From Octopus sinensis (Eukaryota), in assembly GCF_006345805.1 (NCBI RefSeq), contig NC_043007.1, positions 24,924,001-24,988,000 on the forward strand: a stretch of 64,000 bases of DNA, written 5' to 3'. Positions 13,591 through 27,600 of this stretch are shown here, piece after piece. The position numbers and the translations under genes were made by a program. The notes beneath the pieces are model-generated. The model made no database searches and was not told where the DNA came from. It saw only the letters and a program-made list of their open reading frames with translations. The number at the start of each line of letters is the position of its first letter. Within the stretch, counting starts at the first letter, position 1.

Positions 13591-14444
13591 TTCTAATCTT
13601 GCAGGCTTGTAGGTGTCAATCGGTGCATGTAAAAAGCAACTGTACTGGTACCATGTAAAAGCACCCATGCCAGTGTTGCGTTAAAAGCACTCAGTACACT
13701 CAGTAAAGAGGTTGGTGTTAGGAAGGGCATCCAGTCGTAGAGACCATGCCAAAACAGACATGGAACACAGGTAGTCTTTCAGCAGATCAGCTCCTGTCAA
13801 ACTGTATGACCCATGTCACCATGGAAAACAGACACTAAATGATGATGATGATGATGATAGTCAATGCATTCATCTTTTAATCTCTTTCTTTCTTTCAGTT
13901 AATCTCTTTCAGTTCCTGTATTATCTCTCTCCCACTCTTTCTCTCAGTTTCAATTAAACTCTTTCATGCCTTATGTGTTATGTTTGTCCCCAGTGAATAT
14001 TATTGTTTCTCCCAAGAGATCCATGTTCCTTTTGTCACTTTTTACATGTTTCAGTTACTGGATCAAGGCCCTGCTTGAGCACCACTTTGGAGGGTTTTAG
14101 TCAAACAAATAGATCCTGGCCTTCATAATAATAATAATAATAATCCTTTCTGCTACGGGCACAAGGCCTGAAATTTTGTGGGAGGGGACTAGTCGATTAC
14201 ATCGACCCTATTACTCTGTTGGCACTTAATTTATTGACTCGGAAAGGATGAAAGGCAAAGTTGACCTTAGTGGAATTTGAACTCAGAATGTACTGACAGA
14301 CAAAATGTCACTAAGCATTTCACCCAGTTTGCTAATGATTCTGCCAGCTCACCCCCTTACAACAACAACAACAACAACAACAGCAGCAATAATAATTCTT
14401 TCTACAATATGTACAAAGCTTGAAATTTGGGGGAAAGGGATAGT

Positions 14445-15160
14445 CGATTGTTCTATTGGGAACAGCAAGGATTGTAAGAAATGTCCTCAATATCTAAGAA
14501 AACTGGTCATGACTCAGTGGGAAGGACATTGATTTCAATTGGAGCATATTTGTGCACACCATGAATAATAATAATAATAACAACATCAACAACCATTTCT
14601 AATTTAGACATAAGTTCAGAAAAAATTTCAAGGGAGAAAGTTAGTCAATGCTATCAACCCCAATACTTGGTTGGAACTTTATCAAATAGACCCCAAAAGG
14701 TTGAAAAGCAAAGCTGACACTGGATTAGGACTGAAGTCAGATTTATCTTCAATCCCTAACCCTAACCCTAACCCTAGGATCAAAAGGACCAGCAAGATCT
14801 CAGAAAATGACAAAGCAAACAAACTCTGGGTTATGCCAATCCACACAGATGGAAAAAAAAATCTAGCACCAAGAAAGGACATGTTTTCTAATCAAAGTAT
14901 CAGTTTCAACACATGATAATATATCTCTTTGAGAAATACAGAAATTATCCAAGACATAAAGATCTGGAAATTTAGATAACAAAAATGTGGGGGTTGAATA
15001 TAGAAGCAATTGCTTTAGTAATAATAGGTGCCTTGGGAACAATTAAAAACATGAAGATAAATATATAACCAAAACCTCACGGGACTTATATATATATATA
15101 TATATACAACACACAGAAAATAGTGCTACTGGACATGTACACATGTAACATAGAGCATTG
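14445..15160 (+). mobile_element. Two decayed 3' fragments of R4/Dong-like LINEs (restriction-like endonuclease end)
   Basis: LLGTARIVRNVL* plus (TAA)n at about 14450-14580; LW.MPIHTD, KDLEI.ITKMW, IIGALG and QKIVLL at about 14820-15135. Confidence 0.65.
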
Positions 15161-17324
15161 GAAATATAAGAATAAATATAAATCAGAAACAAAACATTGT
15201 GTATATATACCCACGGCACACACAGCTGTGTGCTCAGTAATGCAGTAGGAAGTGTACGATGATAAGAACAAAATTAAACTGCCAAAAAACAACAAAATAA
15301 AGATACTATATAATAATAATCATAATAATCATGATGATGATGATGATGATAATAATAATAACAACACAACAACAATATTTCTGCAATCATAAAGCTCTTA
15401 CTACAAGAATGTGAATGGAATATTTCACGATGCAACGTGTTGGTCTGAATAACTTAAGTGATTGTTAGCCACAGAGGACAAAAAAAAAAAGGGAAAACAT
15501 ACATCTCCATTTAAACCAAACACACTTTTGCTTCTGGTTTTTTTTTTATTTTAGTGGTGGGGGTTGCTTGTATTTTAAGTTTTTTTTCTCCCCCTTTTTT
15601 TTTTTATTCAAATTGGAACCTAAAACTATGGAACGTAAAAGAAACAGTTTTCTTATTCTTCTTCTGTTTTGACAAAGACAATACCCACATGTTGCTGAAA
15701 TAATATTAAAAAAAAAAATCTCTAAAACGAAACACAGAAATACACTTAGAGATTCTATCAAAAATTTGAAGACATCAGATGCTTAGGTTGTTGTTCTTGT
15801 TACTACTACTACAACTACTACTACTACTACTACTATTATTTAAATTTAGTTGATTGATTATCTTCTCAATAATTTCATACCTCATCCTTGTTTGAGGCCA
15901 AACTATAAAATTCTAAATTAATATTCATTTTTGTAAGAATACAATACTCTTCATTTTTTTCTCCTTTTTTTTATGGATTAACACAGTTGTTGATTTGTTT
16001 ATCTCCAAGATGGCTCTCAGGTGATGGAGCTGACAGTATCATTTTTAGCAGTGGCTATAATAACTTGAAGCTTCTATTCCTACAATCTAGGTTCTGAGCA
16101 CAAGTCCCACAAAGGTTAACTTTACATTTTATCCCTTTGGGGATCAAGTCAATAAATAAAGTACAAGTCAAGTACTGTGATAAATTTCTTGTTTCTCACT
16201 CCAGAAATTGAACCCACAATCTTATGATCACGAGTAGAAAGCCAAACACACTATCTACTAGATCTTGCTCTTTCACATGTGTCACGAAACAGATGTACAA
16301 TGTTATACCTTGAAGCAATTACGTTGTGAAAGAACCGTTCAGACCACTTCAAACTACATAAAAACTGTTATGTTCACACTTTTCATTTATTTTCTGAGGT
16401 ATGGCTGCGTAGTTGAAAAGTTCATTTTCCAAAATGATTTTGGGTTCAATCCCACTTCATGACACCTTGGTCACCACTTAAAAAAAAATAATTAACTCAT
16501 GAAAACTCATAAACTCTGTTGCACCAGTTCACTCATCTGTAGAAATGAGTTGCAATGTCACTAGTGCCAAGCTGTATTGGCCTTTGCCTTTCTCTTGGAT
16601 AACATCAGTGGTGTGGAGAAGGGAGGCTGGCATGCATGGATGACTGCTGGTCCGCCATAAACAACCTTGCCCGGACTTGTGCCTCGGGGAGTAACTTTCT
16701 AGGTGCAATCCCATGGCCATTCGTGACAGAAAGGGGTCTTTACTCTTTAAACTTACCCATACCCTCTTAATTTCAATAATATTCTAGCCAAAAATATTAT
16801 TTTCTACTCTAGGCACAAGGCCCAAAATTTTTAGGGAGGGGCCAGTTGATTAGATCAACCCCAGTACACAACTGGTACTTTATTTATCAACCCTGAAATG
16901 ATAAAAGGGAAAGTCAATTTTGGCAGAATTTGAACTCAGAACTTAAAAGAGACGAAATACCTATTTCTTTATTACACACAAGGGGCTAAACACAGAAGGG
17001 ACAAACAAGGACAGACAAACGGATTAAGTCAATTATATCGACCCCAGTGTGTAACTGGTACTTATTTAATTGACCCTGAAAGGATGAAAGGCAAAGTCGA
17101 CCTCGGCGGAATTTGAACTCAGAACGTAGCGGCAGATGAAATACTGCTAAGCATTTCACCAAATCTGCTAACATTTCTACCAGTTTGCTGCCTTATTCTA
17201 GCCAAAAAATATTGAACCAGAAATAGAAACTTCCACATGAGCCTATTATGGCTACGATCCCAGACTAATCAAAGCTTTGTGAGTGGATTTGGTAGACAGA
17301 AACAGAAAGTAGCCTACTGCATGG

Positions 17325-17356
<32 letters not shown>

Positions 17357-17599
17357 AGCATGTGTATGTATACTTATCTGTGTGTTTGTCAATATTCTTG
17401 CTTTGACATTGTGCAACAGTTTTGATGAGTGTTGTCATCATACAACTGATATCCTTCATTGCCAATCTTGCTTGCGCATGGACTCAGCCATGTGGAAAAT
17501 ATTACAGTTGCTTGGAAACAGGTTGAGTATTGGCAACAGGAGGAGCATCCAGCCATTAGAAAAAATCTGTCTCGACGAATGCTGTCCAAGCCATGCAAG

Positions 17600-18008
17600 A
17601 AAGGAGGAGGAGAAGGAGGAGGAGGAGGAGGAAGAGGAGAAGAAGACGAAAATGGAGGAGGAGGACAAGGAGGAGAAGGAGAAGACGGAGAAGACGGAGA
17701 AGAAGAAGAAGAAGAAGAAGAAGAAGAAGAAGAAAAGAAGAAGAAGAAGAAGAGGAAGAAGAAAAAGAAGAAGACTGAAGAAGAAGAAGAAGAAGAAGAA
17801 GACTGAAGAAGAAGACTGAAGAAGAAGAACAAGAAGAAGAACAAGAAGAAGAAGAACAAGAAGAAGAAGAACAAGAAGAAGAAGACTGAAGAAGAAGAAG
17901 ACTGAAGAAGAAGAAGACTGAAGAAGAAGACAAAAGAAGAAGAACAAGAAGAAGAAGAAGAGGAGAAGAAGAAGAAGAAGAAGAATTGGAAGAAGAAGAA
18001 GAGGAGAA

Positions 18009-18040
<32 letters not shown>

Positions 18041-18612
18041 AGAAGAAAAGAAGAAGAAGAAGAAGAAGAAGAATAAGAAGAAAGAAGAGACTGAGAAGAA
18101 AGAAGACTGAAGAGAAGAAGACTGAAGAAGAGAAGAAGAAGAAGAAGAGAACTGAAGAAGAGAAAAGAAAAGAAGAAAAAACATAAGAAGAAGAGAAGAC
18201 TGAAGAAGAAGAAGACTGAAGAAGGAGAAAAGAAGAAGAAGAAGAAGAAGAATAAGAAGAAAAGACTGAAGAAGAAGAAGAAGAAGAAGAAAAGAAGAAA
18301 GACTGAGAAAGAACTGAAGAAGAAGAACAAGAAGAAAACAAAAAAGAAGAACAGAAGAAGACAAGAAGAAAACAAGAAGAAGAAGAAGAAGACTGAAGAA
18401 GAAAAGACTGAAGAGATAAGAAGAATAAGAAAAAGAGAAGAATAGAAGAAGAAGAAAAAAAAAGAAGAAAAGAAGAAGAAGAAAAGAAGAAGAGAAGAAG
18501 AAGAAGAAGAAGAAGAAGATAATAAGAAGAAGAAAAGAAGAAGAAGAAGAAGAAGAAGAAGAGAAGCAGAGAAAGAAGAAGAAGAAGAAGAAGCAGCAGC
18601 AGCAGCAGCAAG
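17600..18612 (+). repeat. About 1-kb imperfect (GAA)n/(GAG)n polypurine tract
   Basis: Directly visible; punctuated by GACT, AAC and AAT. Confidence 0.97.
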
Positions 18613-19039
18613 ATTTTTTTTGTTATAAAATAGCAACATGGCCACTGAGACAATTCCACTACAGTTTAGACACCACATGAAATAAATTCAAAGTGAATTT
18701 TACCCTTCAGCATTCGGATTTCTTTGTCAAATGTAATGCTTGTTTATTCACAGTGATTTCTATTAATCATCCATTATCTCGTGGCTTTGAGATTTTCTAA
18801 TGATACGAATGTTTCTTGAAAGAATAACAATGTGAAGTAGATGTGAGATGCCAGATCTTGCTGCTTTGAATATAAAACAAGTAGAATACTAAAGCAGTGT
18901 ATCATCATCACCGTCATGGGTTGGACAGTTTGACAGGAGCCAGCTAGGCAGGAGGCTACTCCAGGCTATTCTGTTTCAGCAGGGTTTTTTTATGGCTGGA
19001 TGCCCTTCCAAACACCAACCATTCCGTAGAATGAACTGA

Positions 19040-22000
19040 ATGCTTTTTACGTGGTACCATCACATGCGAGGTCAATTTTGGCATGGGTTTTACAACTGGC
19101 TGTCCTTCCAAATGCCAACCACTTTACAGTGTGGTTGCTTTTTACGTGGCACCACCACAAGTGAGGTCAATTTTGGCATGGGTTTTACAACTGGCTGCCC
19201 TTCCAAATGCCAACCCCATTAAGTGCTACGCATTTTGTGGTTGCTGGCATTCATCTGGTGGGTCACAATTTGGCATTTTTTGGCATGTGGCCTTCCCTTA
19301 TTCCAAACCACATTATAGTGTGGTTGCTTTGTACCGTGGCCCACCACAAGGCACCCAATTTATGGTTGGTTGGTTGGCGTTTACCACAAACCACTATCCA
19401 ATGCACACACATCCACTTTGTGTGGTGCCATGGGTTTTACAACTGGCTGCCCTTCAATGCCAACACTTTACAGTGTGGTTGCTTTTTAAACCATCACAAG
19501 TGAGGTCAATTTGGCAGGGTTTTACAACTGGCTGCCCTTCCAAATGCCAACCACATTATAGTGTGGTTGCTTTTTATGTGGCACCAGCACAAGTGAGGTC
19601 AATTTTGGCATGGGTTTTACAACTGGCTGCCCTTCCAAATGCCAACCACTTTATAGTGTGGTTGCTTTTTACGTGGCACCAGCACAGGAGAGGTCAATTT
19701 TGGCATGGGTTTACAACTGGGCCCTTCCAAATGCCAACCACTTTATAGTGTGGTTGCTTTTTACGTGGCACCATCACAAGTGAGGTCAATTTTGGCATGG
19801 GTTTTACAACTGGCTGTCCTTCCAAATGCCAACCACTTTACAGTGTGGTTGCTTTTTACGTGGCACCATCACAAGTGAGGTCAATTTTGGCATGGGTTTT
19901 ACAACTGGCTGCCCTTCCAAATGCCAACCACTTTATAGTGTGGTTGCTTTTTACGTGGCACCATCACAAGTGAGGTCAATTTTGGCATGGGTTTTACAAC
20001 TGGCTGCCCTTCCAAATGCCAACCACTTTACAGTGTGGTTGCTTTTTACGTGGCACCATCACAAGTGAGGTCAATTTTGGCATGGGTTTTACAACTGGCT
20101 GCCCTTCCAAATGCCAACCACTTTACAGTGTGGTTTTGCTTTTACGTGGCACCATCACAAGTGAGGTCAATTTTGGCATGGGTTTTACAACTGGCTGCCC
20201 TTCCAAATGCCAACCACTTTACAGTGTGGTTGCTTTTTACGTGGCACCATCACAAGTGAGGTCAATTTTGGCATGGGTTTTACAACTGGCTGCCCTTCCA
20301 AATGCCAACCACTTTATAGTGTGGTTGCTTTTTACGTGGCACCAGCACAGGAGAGGTCAATTTTGGCATGGGTTTTACAACTGGCTGCCCTTCCAAATGC
20401 CAACCACTTTACAGTGTGGTTGCTTTTTACGTGGCACCATCACAAGTGAGGTCAATTTTGGCATGGGTTTTACAACTGGCTGCCCTTCCAAATGCCAACC
20501 ACTTTATAGTGTGGTTGCTTTTTACGTGGCACCAGCACAGGAGGTCAATTTTGGCATGGGTTTTACAACTGGCTGCCCTTCCAAATGCCAACCACTTTAC
20601 AGTGTGGTTGCTTTTTACGTGGCACCATCACAAGTGAGGTCAATTTTGGCATGGGTTTTACAACTGGCTGCCCTTCCAAATGCCAACCACTTTATAGTGT
20701 GGTTGCTTTTTACGTGGCACCATCGCAAAGAGGTCTGTTTTGGCATGGGTTTTACAACTGGCTGCCCTTCCAAATGCCAACCACTTTATAGTGTGGTTGC
20801 TTTTTACGTGGCACCATCACAGGAGAGGTCAATTTTGGCATGGGTTTTACAACTGGCTGCCCTTCCAAATGCCAACCACTTTACAGTGTGGTTGCTTTTT
20901 ACGTGGCACCATCACAAGTGAGGTCAATTTTGGCATGGGTTTTACAACTGGCTGCCCTTCCAAATGCCAACCACTTTATAGTGTGGTTGCTTTTTACGTG
21001 GCACCATCACAAGAGGTCTGTTTTGGCATGGGTTTTACAACTGGCTGCCCTTCCAAATGCCAACCACTTTACAGTGTGGTTGCTTTTTACGTGGCACCAT
21101 CACAGAAGAGGTCAATTTTGGCATGGGTTTTACAACTGGCTGCCCTTCCAAATGCCAACCACTTTATAGTGTGGTTGCTTTTTACGTGGCACCATCACAA
21201 GTGAGGTCAATTTTGGCATGGGTTTTACAACTGGCTGCCCTTCCAAATGCCAACCACTTTACAGTGTGGTTGCTTTTTACGTGGCACCATCACAAGTGAG
21301 GTCAATTTTGGCATGGGTTTTACAACTGGCTGCCCTTCAAATGCCAACCACTTACAGTGTGGTTGCTTTTTACGTGGCACCATCACAGTGGAGGTCACAT
21401 TTTGGCATGGGTTTTACAACTGGCTGCCCTTCCAAATGCCAACCACATTATATGTGTGGTTGCTTTTTACGTGGCACCAGCACAAGTGAGGTCAATTTTG
21501 GCATGGGTTTTACAACTGGCTGCCCTTCCAAATGCCAACCACTTTATAGTGTGGTTGCTTTTTACGTGGAACCAGCACAGGAGAGGTCAATTTTGGCATG
21601 GGTTTTACAACTGGCTGCCCTTCAAATGCCAACACTTTATAGTGTGTGGTTGCTTTTTACGTGGCACCATACAAGTGAGGTCAATTTTGGCATGGGTTTT
21701 AAAACTGGCTGCCCTTCCAAATGCCAACCACTTTACGTGTGGTTGTTTTACGTGGCACCATCACAAGTGAGGTCAATTTTGGCATGGGTTTGTCAACTGG
21801 CTGCCCTTCCAAATGCCAACCACTTTATAGTTGGTTGCTTTTTACGTGCACCAGCACAGAGAGGTCAATTTTGATGTTTTTGTGCATGTGGTTTTAAACT
21901 GGCTGCCCTTCCAAATGCCAACCACATTATTGTGGTTGCTTTTTACGTGGCACACCATCACAAGTGAGGGGCAATTTTGGCATGGGTTTTACAACTGGCT

Positions 22001-25000
22001 GCCCTTCCAAATGCCAACCACTTTACGTGAGTGTGAATGCTTTTTACGTGGCACCATCACAAGTGAGGTCAATTTTGGCATGGGTTTTACAACTGGCTGC
22101 CCTTCCAAATGCCAACCACTTTACAGTGTGGTTGCTTTTTACGTGGCACCATCACAAGTGAGGTCAATTTTGGCATGGGTTTTACAACTGGCTGCCCTTC
22201 CAAATGCCAACCACTTTATAGTGTGGTTGCTTTTTACGTGGCACCATCACAGGTGAGGTCAATTTTGGCATGGGTTTTACAACTGGCTGCCCTTCCAAAT
22301 GCCAACCACTTTATAGTGTGGTTGCTTTTTACGTGGCACCATCACAAGTGAGGTCAATTTTGGCATGGGTTTTACAACTGGCTGCCCTTCCAAATGCCAA
22401 CCACTTTACAGTGTGGTTGCTTTTTACGTGGCACCATCACAAGTGAGGTCAATTTTGGCATGGGTTTTACAACTGGCTGCCCTTCCAAATGCCAACCACA
22501 TTATAGTGTGGTTGCTTTTTATGTGGCACCAGCACAAGTGAGGTCAATTTTGGCATGGGTTTTACAACTGGCTGCCCTTCCAAATGCCAACCACTTTATA
22601 GTGTGGTTGCTTTTTACGTGGCACCATCACAAGTGAGGTCAATTTTGGCATGGGTTTTACAACTGGCTGCCCTTCCAAATGCCAACCACTTTACAGTGTG
22701 GTTGCTTTTTACGTGGCACCATCACAAGTGAGGTCAATTTTGGCATGGGTTTTACAACTGGCTGCCCTTCCAAATGCCAACCACTTTACAGTGTGGTTGC
22801 TTTTTACGTGGCACCATCACAAGTGAGGTCAATTTTGGCATGGGTTTTACAACTGGCTGCCCTTCCAAATGCCAACCACTTTATAGTGTGGTTGCTTTTT
22901 ACGTGGCACCAGCACAGGAGAGGTCAATTTTGGCATGGGTTTTACAACTGGCTGCCCTTCCAAATGCCAACCACTTTATAGTGTGGTTGCTTTTTACGTG
23001 CACCATCACAAGTGAGGTCAATTTTGGCATGGGTTTTACAACTGGCTGTCCTTCCAAATGCCAACCACTTTACAGTGTGGTTGCTTTTTACGTGGCACCA
23101 TCACAAGTGAGGTCAATTTTGGCATGGGTTTTACAACTGGCTGCCCTTCCAAATGCCAACCACTTTACAGTGTGGTTGCTTTTTACGTGGCACCATCACA
23201 AGTGAGGTCAATTTTGGCATGGGTTTTACAACTGGCTGCCCTTCCAAATGCCAACCACTTTACAGTGTGGTTGCTTTTTACGTGGCACCATCACAAGTGA
23301 GGTCAATTTTGGCATGGGTTTTACAACTGGCTGCCCTTCCAAATGCCAACCACTTTACAGTGTGGTTGCTTTTTACGTGGCACCATCACAAGTGAGGTCA
23401 ATTTTGGCATGGGTTTTACAACTGGCTGCCCTTCCAAATGCCAACACTTTACAGTGTGGTTGCTTTTTACGTGGCACCATCACAAGTGAGGTCAATTTTG
23501 GCATGGGTTTTACAACTGGCTGCCCTTCCAAATGCCAACCACTTTACAGTGTGGTTGCTTTTTACGTGGCACCATCACAGGTGAGGTCAATTTTGGCATG
23601 GGTTTTACAACTGGCTGCCCTTCCAAATGCCAACCACTTTACAGTGTGGTTGCTTTTTACGGCACCATCACAAGTGAGGTCAATTTTGGCATGGGTTTTA
23701 CAACTGGCTGCCCTTCCAAATGCCAACCACTTTATAGTGTGGTTGCTTTTTACGTGGCACCATCACAGGAGAGGTCAATTTTGGCATGGGTTTTACAACT
23801 GGCTGCCCTTCCAAATGCCAACCACTTTACAGTGTGGTTGCTTTTTACGTGGCACCATCACAAGTGAGGTCAATTTTGGCATGGGTTTTACAACTGGCTG
23901 CCCTTCCAAATGCCAACCACTTTATAGTGTGGTTGCTTTTTACGTGGCACCATCACAGAAGAGGTCTGTTTTGGCATGGGTTTTACAACTGGCTGCCCTT
24001 CCAAATGCCAACCACTTTACAGTGTGGTTGCTTTTTACGTGGCACCATCACAGAAGAGGTCAATTTTGGCATGGGTTTTACAACTGGCTGCCCTTCCAAA
24101 TGCCAACCACTTTATAGTGTGGTCTTTTTACGTGGCACCATCACAAGTGAGGTCAATTTTGGCATGGGTTTTACAACTGGCTGCCCTTCCAAATGCCAAC
24201 CACTTTATAGTGTGGTTGCTTTTTACGTGGCACCATCACAGAAGAGGTCTGTTTTGGCATGGGTTTTACAACTGGCTGCCCTTCCAAATGCCAACCACTT
24301 TATAGTGTGGTTGCTTTTTACGTGGCACCAGCACAGGAGAGGTCAATTTTGGCATGGGTTTTACAACTGGCTGCCCTTCCAAATGCCAACCACTTTACAG
24401 TGTGGTTGCTTTTTACGTGGCACCATCACAAGTGAGGTCAATTTTGGCATGGGTTTTACAACTGGCTGCCCTTCCAAATGCCAACCACTTTATAGTGTGG
24501 TTGCTTTTTACGTGGCACCATCACAGAAGAGGTCTGTTTTGGCATGGGTTTTACAACTGGCTGCCCTTCCAAATGCCAACCACTTTACAGTGTGGTTGCT
24601 TTTTACGTGTGGCACCATCACAGAAGAGGTCAATTTTGGCATGGGTTTTACAACTGGCTGCCCTTCCAAATGCCAACCACTTTACAGTGTGGTTGCTTTT
24701 TACGTGGCACCATCACAAGAAGAGGTCAATTTTGGCATGGGTTTTACAACTGGCTGCCCTTCCAAATGCCAACCACTTTACAGTGTGGTTGCTTTTTACG
24801 TGGCACCACCATCACAAGTGAGGTCAATTTTGGCATGGGTTTTACAACTGGCTGCCCTTCCAAATGCCAACCACTTTATAGTGTGGTTGCTTTTTACGTG
24901 GCACCATCACAAGTGAGGTCAATTTTGGCATGGGTTTTACAACTGGCTGCCCTTCCAAATGCCAACCACTTTACAGTGTGGTTGCTTTTTACGTGGCACC

Positions 25001-25700
25001 ATCACAAGTGAGGTCAATTTTGGCATGGGTTTTACAACTGGCTGCCCTTCCAAATGCCAACCACTTTATAGTGTGGTTGCTTTTTACGTGGCACCAGCAC
25101 AGGAGAGGTCAATTTTGGCATGGGTTTTACAACTGGCTGCCCTTCAAATGCCAACCACATTATAGTGTGGTTGCTTTTTACGTGGCACCATCACAGTGAG
25201 GTCAATTTTGGCATGGGTTTTACAACTGGCTGCCCTTCCAAATGCCAACCACTTTACAGTGTGGTTGCTTTTTACGTGGCACCATCACAAGTGAGGTCAA
25301 TTTTGGCATGGGTTTTACAACTGGCTGCCCTTCCAAATGCCAACCACTTTATAGTGTGGTTGCTTTTTACGTGGCACCAGCACAGGAGAGGTCAATTTTG
25401 GCATGGGTTTTACAACTGGCTGCCCTTCCAAATGCCAACCACTTTATAGTGTGGTTGCTTTTTACGTGGCACCATCACAAGTGAGGTCAATTTTGGCATG
25501 GGTTTTACAACTGGCTGCTCTTCCAAATGCCAACCACTTTATAGTGTGGTTGCTTTTTACGTGGCACCAGCACAGGAGAGGTCAATTTTGGCATGGGTTT
25601 TACAACTGGCTGCCCTTCCAAATGCCAACCACTTTATAGTGTGGTTGCTTTTTACGTGGCACCATCACAGAAGAGGTCTGTTTTGGCATGAGTTTTACAG
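19040..25700 (+). repeat. 95-bp tandem satellite, about 70 copies
   Basis: Unit GTGAGGTCAATTTTGGCATGGGTTTTACAACTGGCTGCCCTTCCAAATGCCAACCACTTTAYAGTGTGGTTGCTTTTTACGTGGCACCATCACAA. Confidence 0.98.
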
Positions 25701-26809
25701 CTTTACTTCAATCTTTAAGCCACGTGCCAATGTAATAAATTATTATTGGAAAACTAGCAGAATCATAGCGTGTCGGACAAAACACTTCACAGCATTGCTT
25801 CCAGCTCCACATTCAGAGTTCAAATTCTGCCAATGTTGACCTTGCTTTTAATTCTTTCAGGGGCTCAATAAAATAAATACCAGTTGAGCACTGCAATAAT
25901 TATAATCAGTTAACTTGCTATAATTGTTGGCCTTGTGCCAAAATTAGAAAGAACTACTACTATTGTTATTATAACTATTATTGTTATTATAGGTGCAGGA
26001 GTGGCTGTGTGGTAAGTAGCTTGTTTACCAACCACATGGTTCCGGGTTCAGTCCCACTGCGTGGCACCTTGGGCAAGTGTCTTCTACTATAGCCTCGGGC
26101 CGACCAAAGCCTTGTGAGTGGATTTGGTAGACGGAAACTGAAAGAAGCCCGTCGTATATATGTATATGTGTGTATGTTTGTGTGTCTGTGTTTGTCCCCC
26201 TAGCATTGCTTGACAACCGATGCTGGTGTGTTTATGTCCCCGTCACTTAGCGGTTCGGCAAAAGAGACCGATAAAATAAGTACTGGGCTTACACAGAATA
26301 AGTCCCAGGGTCGAGTTGCTCGACTAAAGGCAGTGCTCCAGCATGGCCGCAGTCAACTGACTGAAACAAGTAAAAGAGTAAGAGTAAAGAGTATAAAAGC
26401 AGCAAGCTGGCAGAATCATTAGCATGCCAGGCAAAATGCTTGATGGCATGTAGTCTATCTTCACATTTTGAGTTCAAATTTCATTGAGGTTGACTTTGCC
26501 TTTCAAAGTCAGAAATGATTTTTAGAATGAGAATATCTGAAATAAACTCGACTGCTCTCACAAATATGAATACTAAAAATGAACCTGACCGCTCTGAAAA
26601 ATTAAGTAAAAAAGCAGGAAAAATAATCCAGAATCCTTGTCCAGTACTGGATCAATCCCAAAATCTAATTAGTTCATGCCAATCACAGGGCCAAGCATCC
26701 CTGAAAGTTTCATCCGAATCCATCCAGCAGTTCTTGAGATATCTTGTGCACAGAAAACAAACACAACTGAAAACAATACCTCTGCTTTCGCAAAGGTAGA
26801 GGTAATAAA

Positions 26810-27181
26810 TCTTTATATATAAAAGAGAGGTTGTGTGTCTGTCTCCTACGATTTAGATTCCTAACTACTCCCACATTTTGCGGTGCAGTTTAACAAAAAC
26901 CGGGTATCTTATAGTCGTGATTCATATTGAGCGCGCGTCTACAATTTAAAAAAAAATTTACCATCATTTTTTTCCATTTTAATGCATTTTTTTCGATATT
27001 ATATAAGGGAAGTAACTCTCTAAAAATGTCTACGATGAGTCAACGATTTAAAAAAAAATTTACCATAATTTTTTTTCCATTTTTAATGCATTTTTTTGCT
27101 ATTTTTTGGCTATAACTCTCTAAAAATGCTTTTATAGTTATTTCCCTTACAAACCCGAGCAACGCCGGGCGATACTGCTAG
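26810..27181 (+). mobile_element. Non-autonomous Helitron
   Basis: A|TC 5' end; subterminal hairpin CCCGAGCAACGCCGGG (27154-27169); CTAG|T 3' end; no TSD. Confidence 0.85.
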
Positions 27182-27207
27182 TATATAATAAATAATAGTG
27201 TTCTTAC

Positions 27208-27600
27208 CAAAATATTTTCATCTTCATCGGGATATTTCAATTTAAGATTTCCTGCAGCTGAGAGAACAGCTTTCACTGCCCTCATTCCATAATCATAGTG
27301 AAACTGCGATGAGAGTTGTTCAGAGCATAACCTATACGTTGTGACAATCTTTACGGACAGATTACGAGCACTAAGGAACCCAAAGGAGTACAAGGATATC
27401 TCGGCAATCATTGCGTAGTTTGGAACCATCATGGCAACTGTCCGGAAAAGAACTTTCAGGTTGTCCGGTAATTCTGACCGGCCTGCGTATCCAGGGTTCA
27501 TTGTGATGCAAACGTAGCAGTTTGGGTTCAGTTTCAGCTCGGTCCCTTCAAAAATAAAGATATCTAAATTTGCTTGAACAGCTCGAATGATGCATAAGAT
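27208..27600 (-). CDS. DNAH12: Dynein heavy chain exon 10, AAA1 sensor region ([10 protein letters not shown]...HYDYGMR)
   Basis: ccgcag|ATC ... TTG|gtaaga; 393 nt. Confidence 0.98.

Noticed and set aside
14754-14776. (CCCTAA)3-4 telomere-type repeat
   Set aside because: Too short to indicate a fusion or healing site
17325-18678. Long Ser/Phe/Leu or Glu/Lys/Arg ORFs
   Set aside because: Translations of the GAA tract; the same applies to 41407-42430 (GGAA)
19200-19520. Highly divergent patches in the satellite (also about 21330-22050)
   Set aside because: Scattered 1-2 nt indels look like unpolished long-read error; cannot be called biological
19040-25700. CRISPR-like array or Cys/Trp/His-rich repeat proteins
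   Set aside because: No unique spacers and no cas genes; units are head-to-tail; the ORFs cycle through frames because 95 is not a multiple of 3
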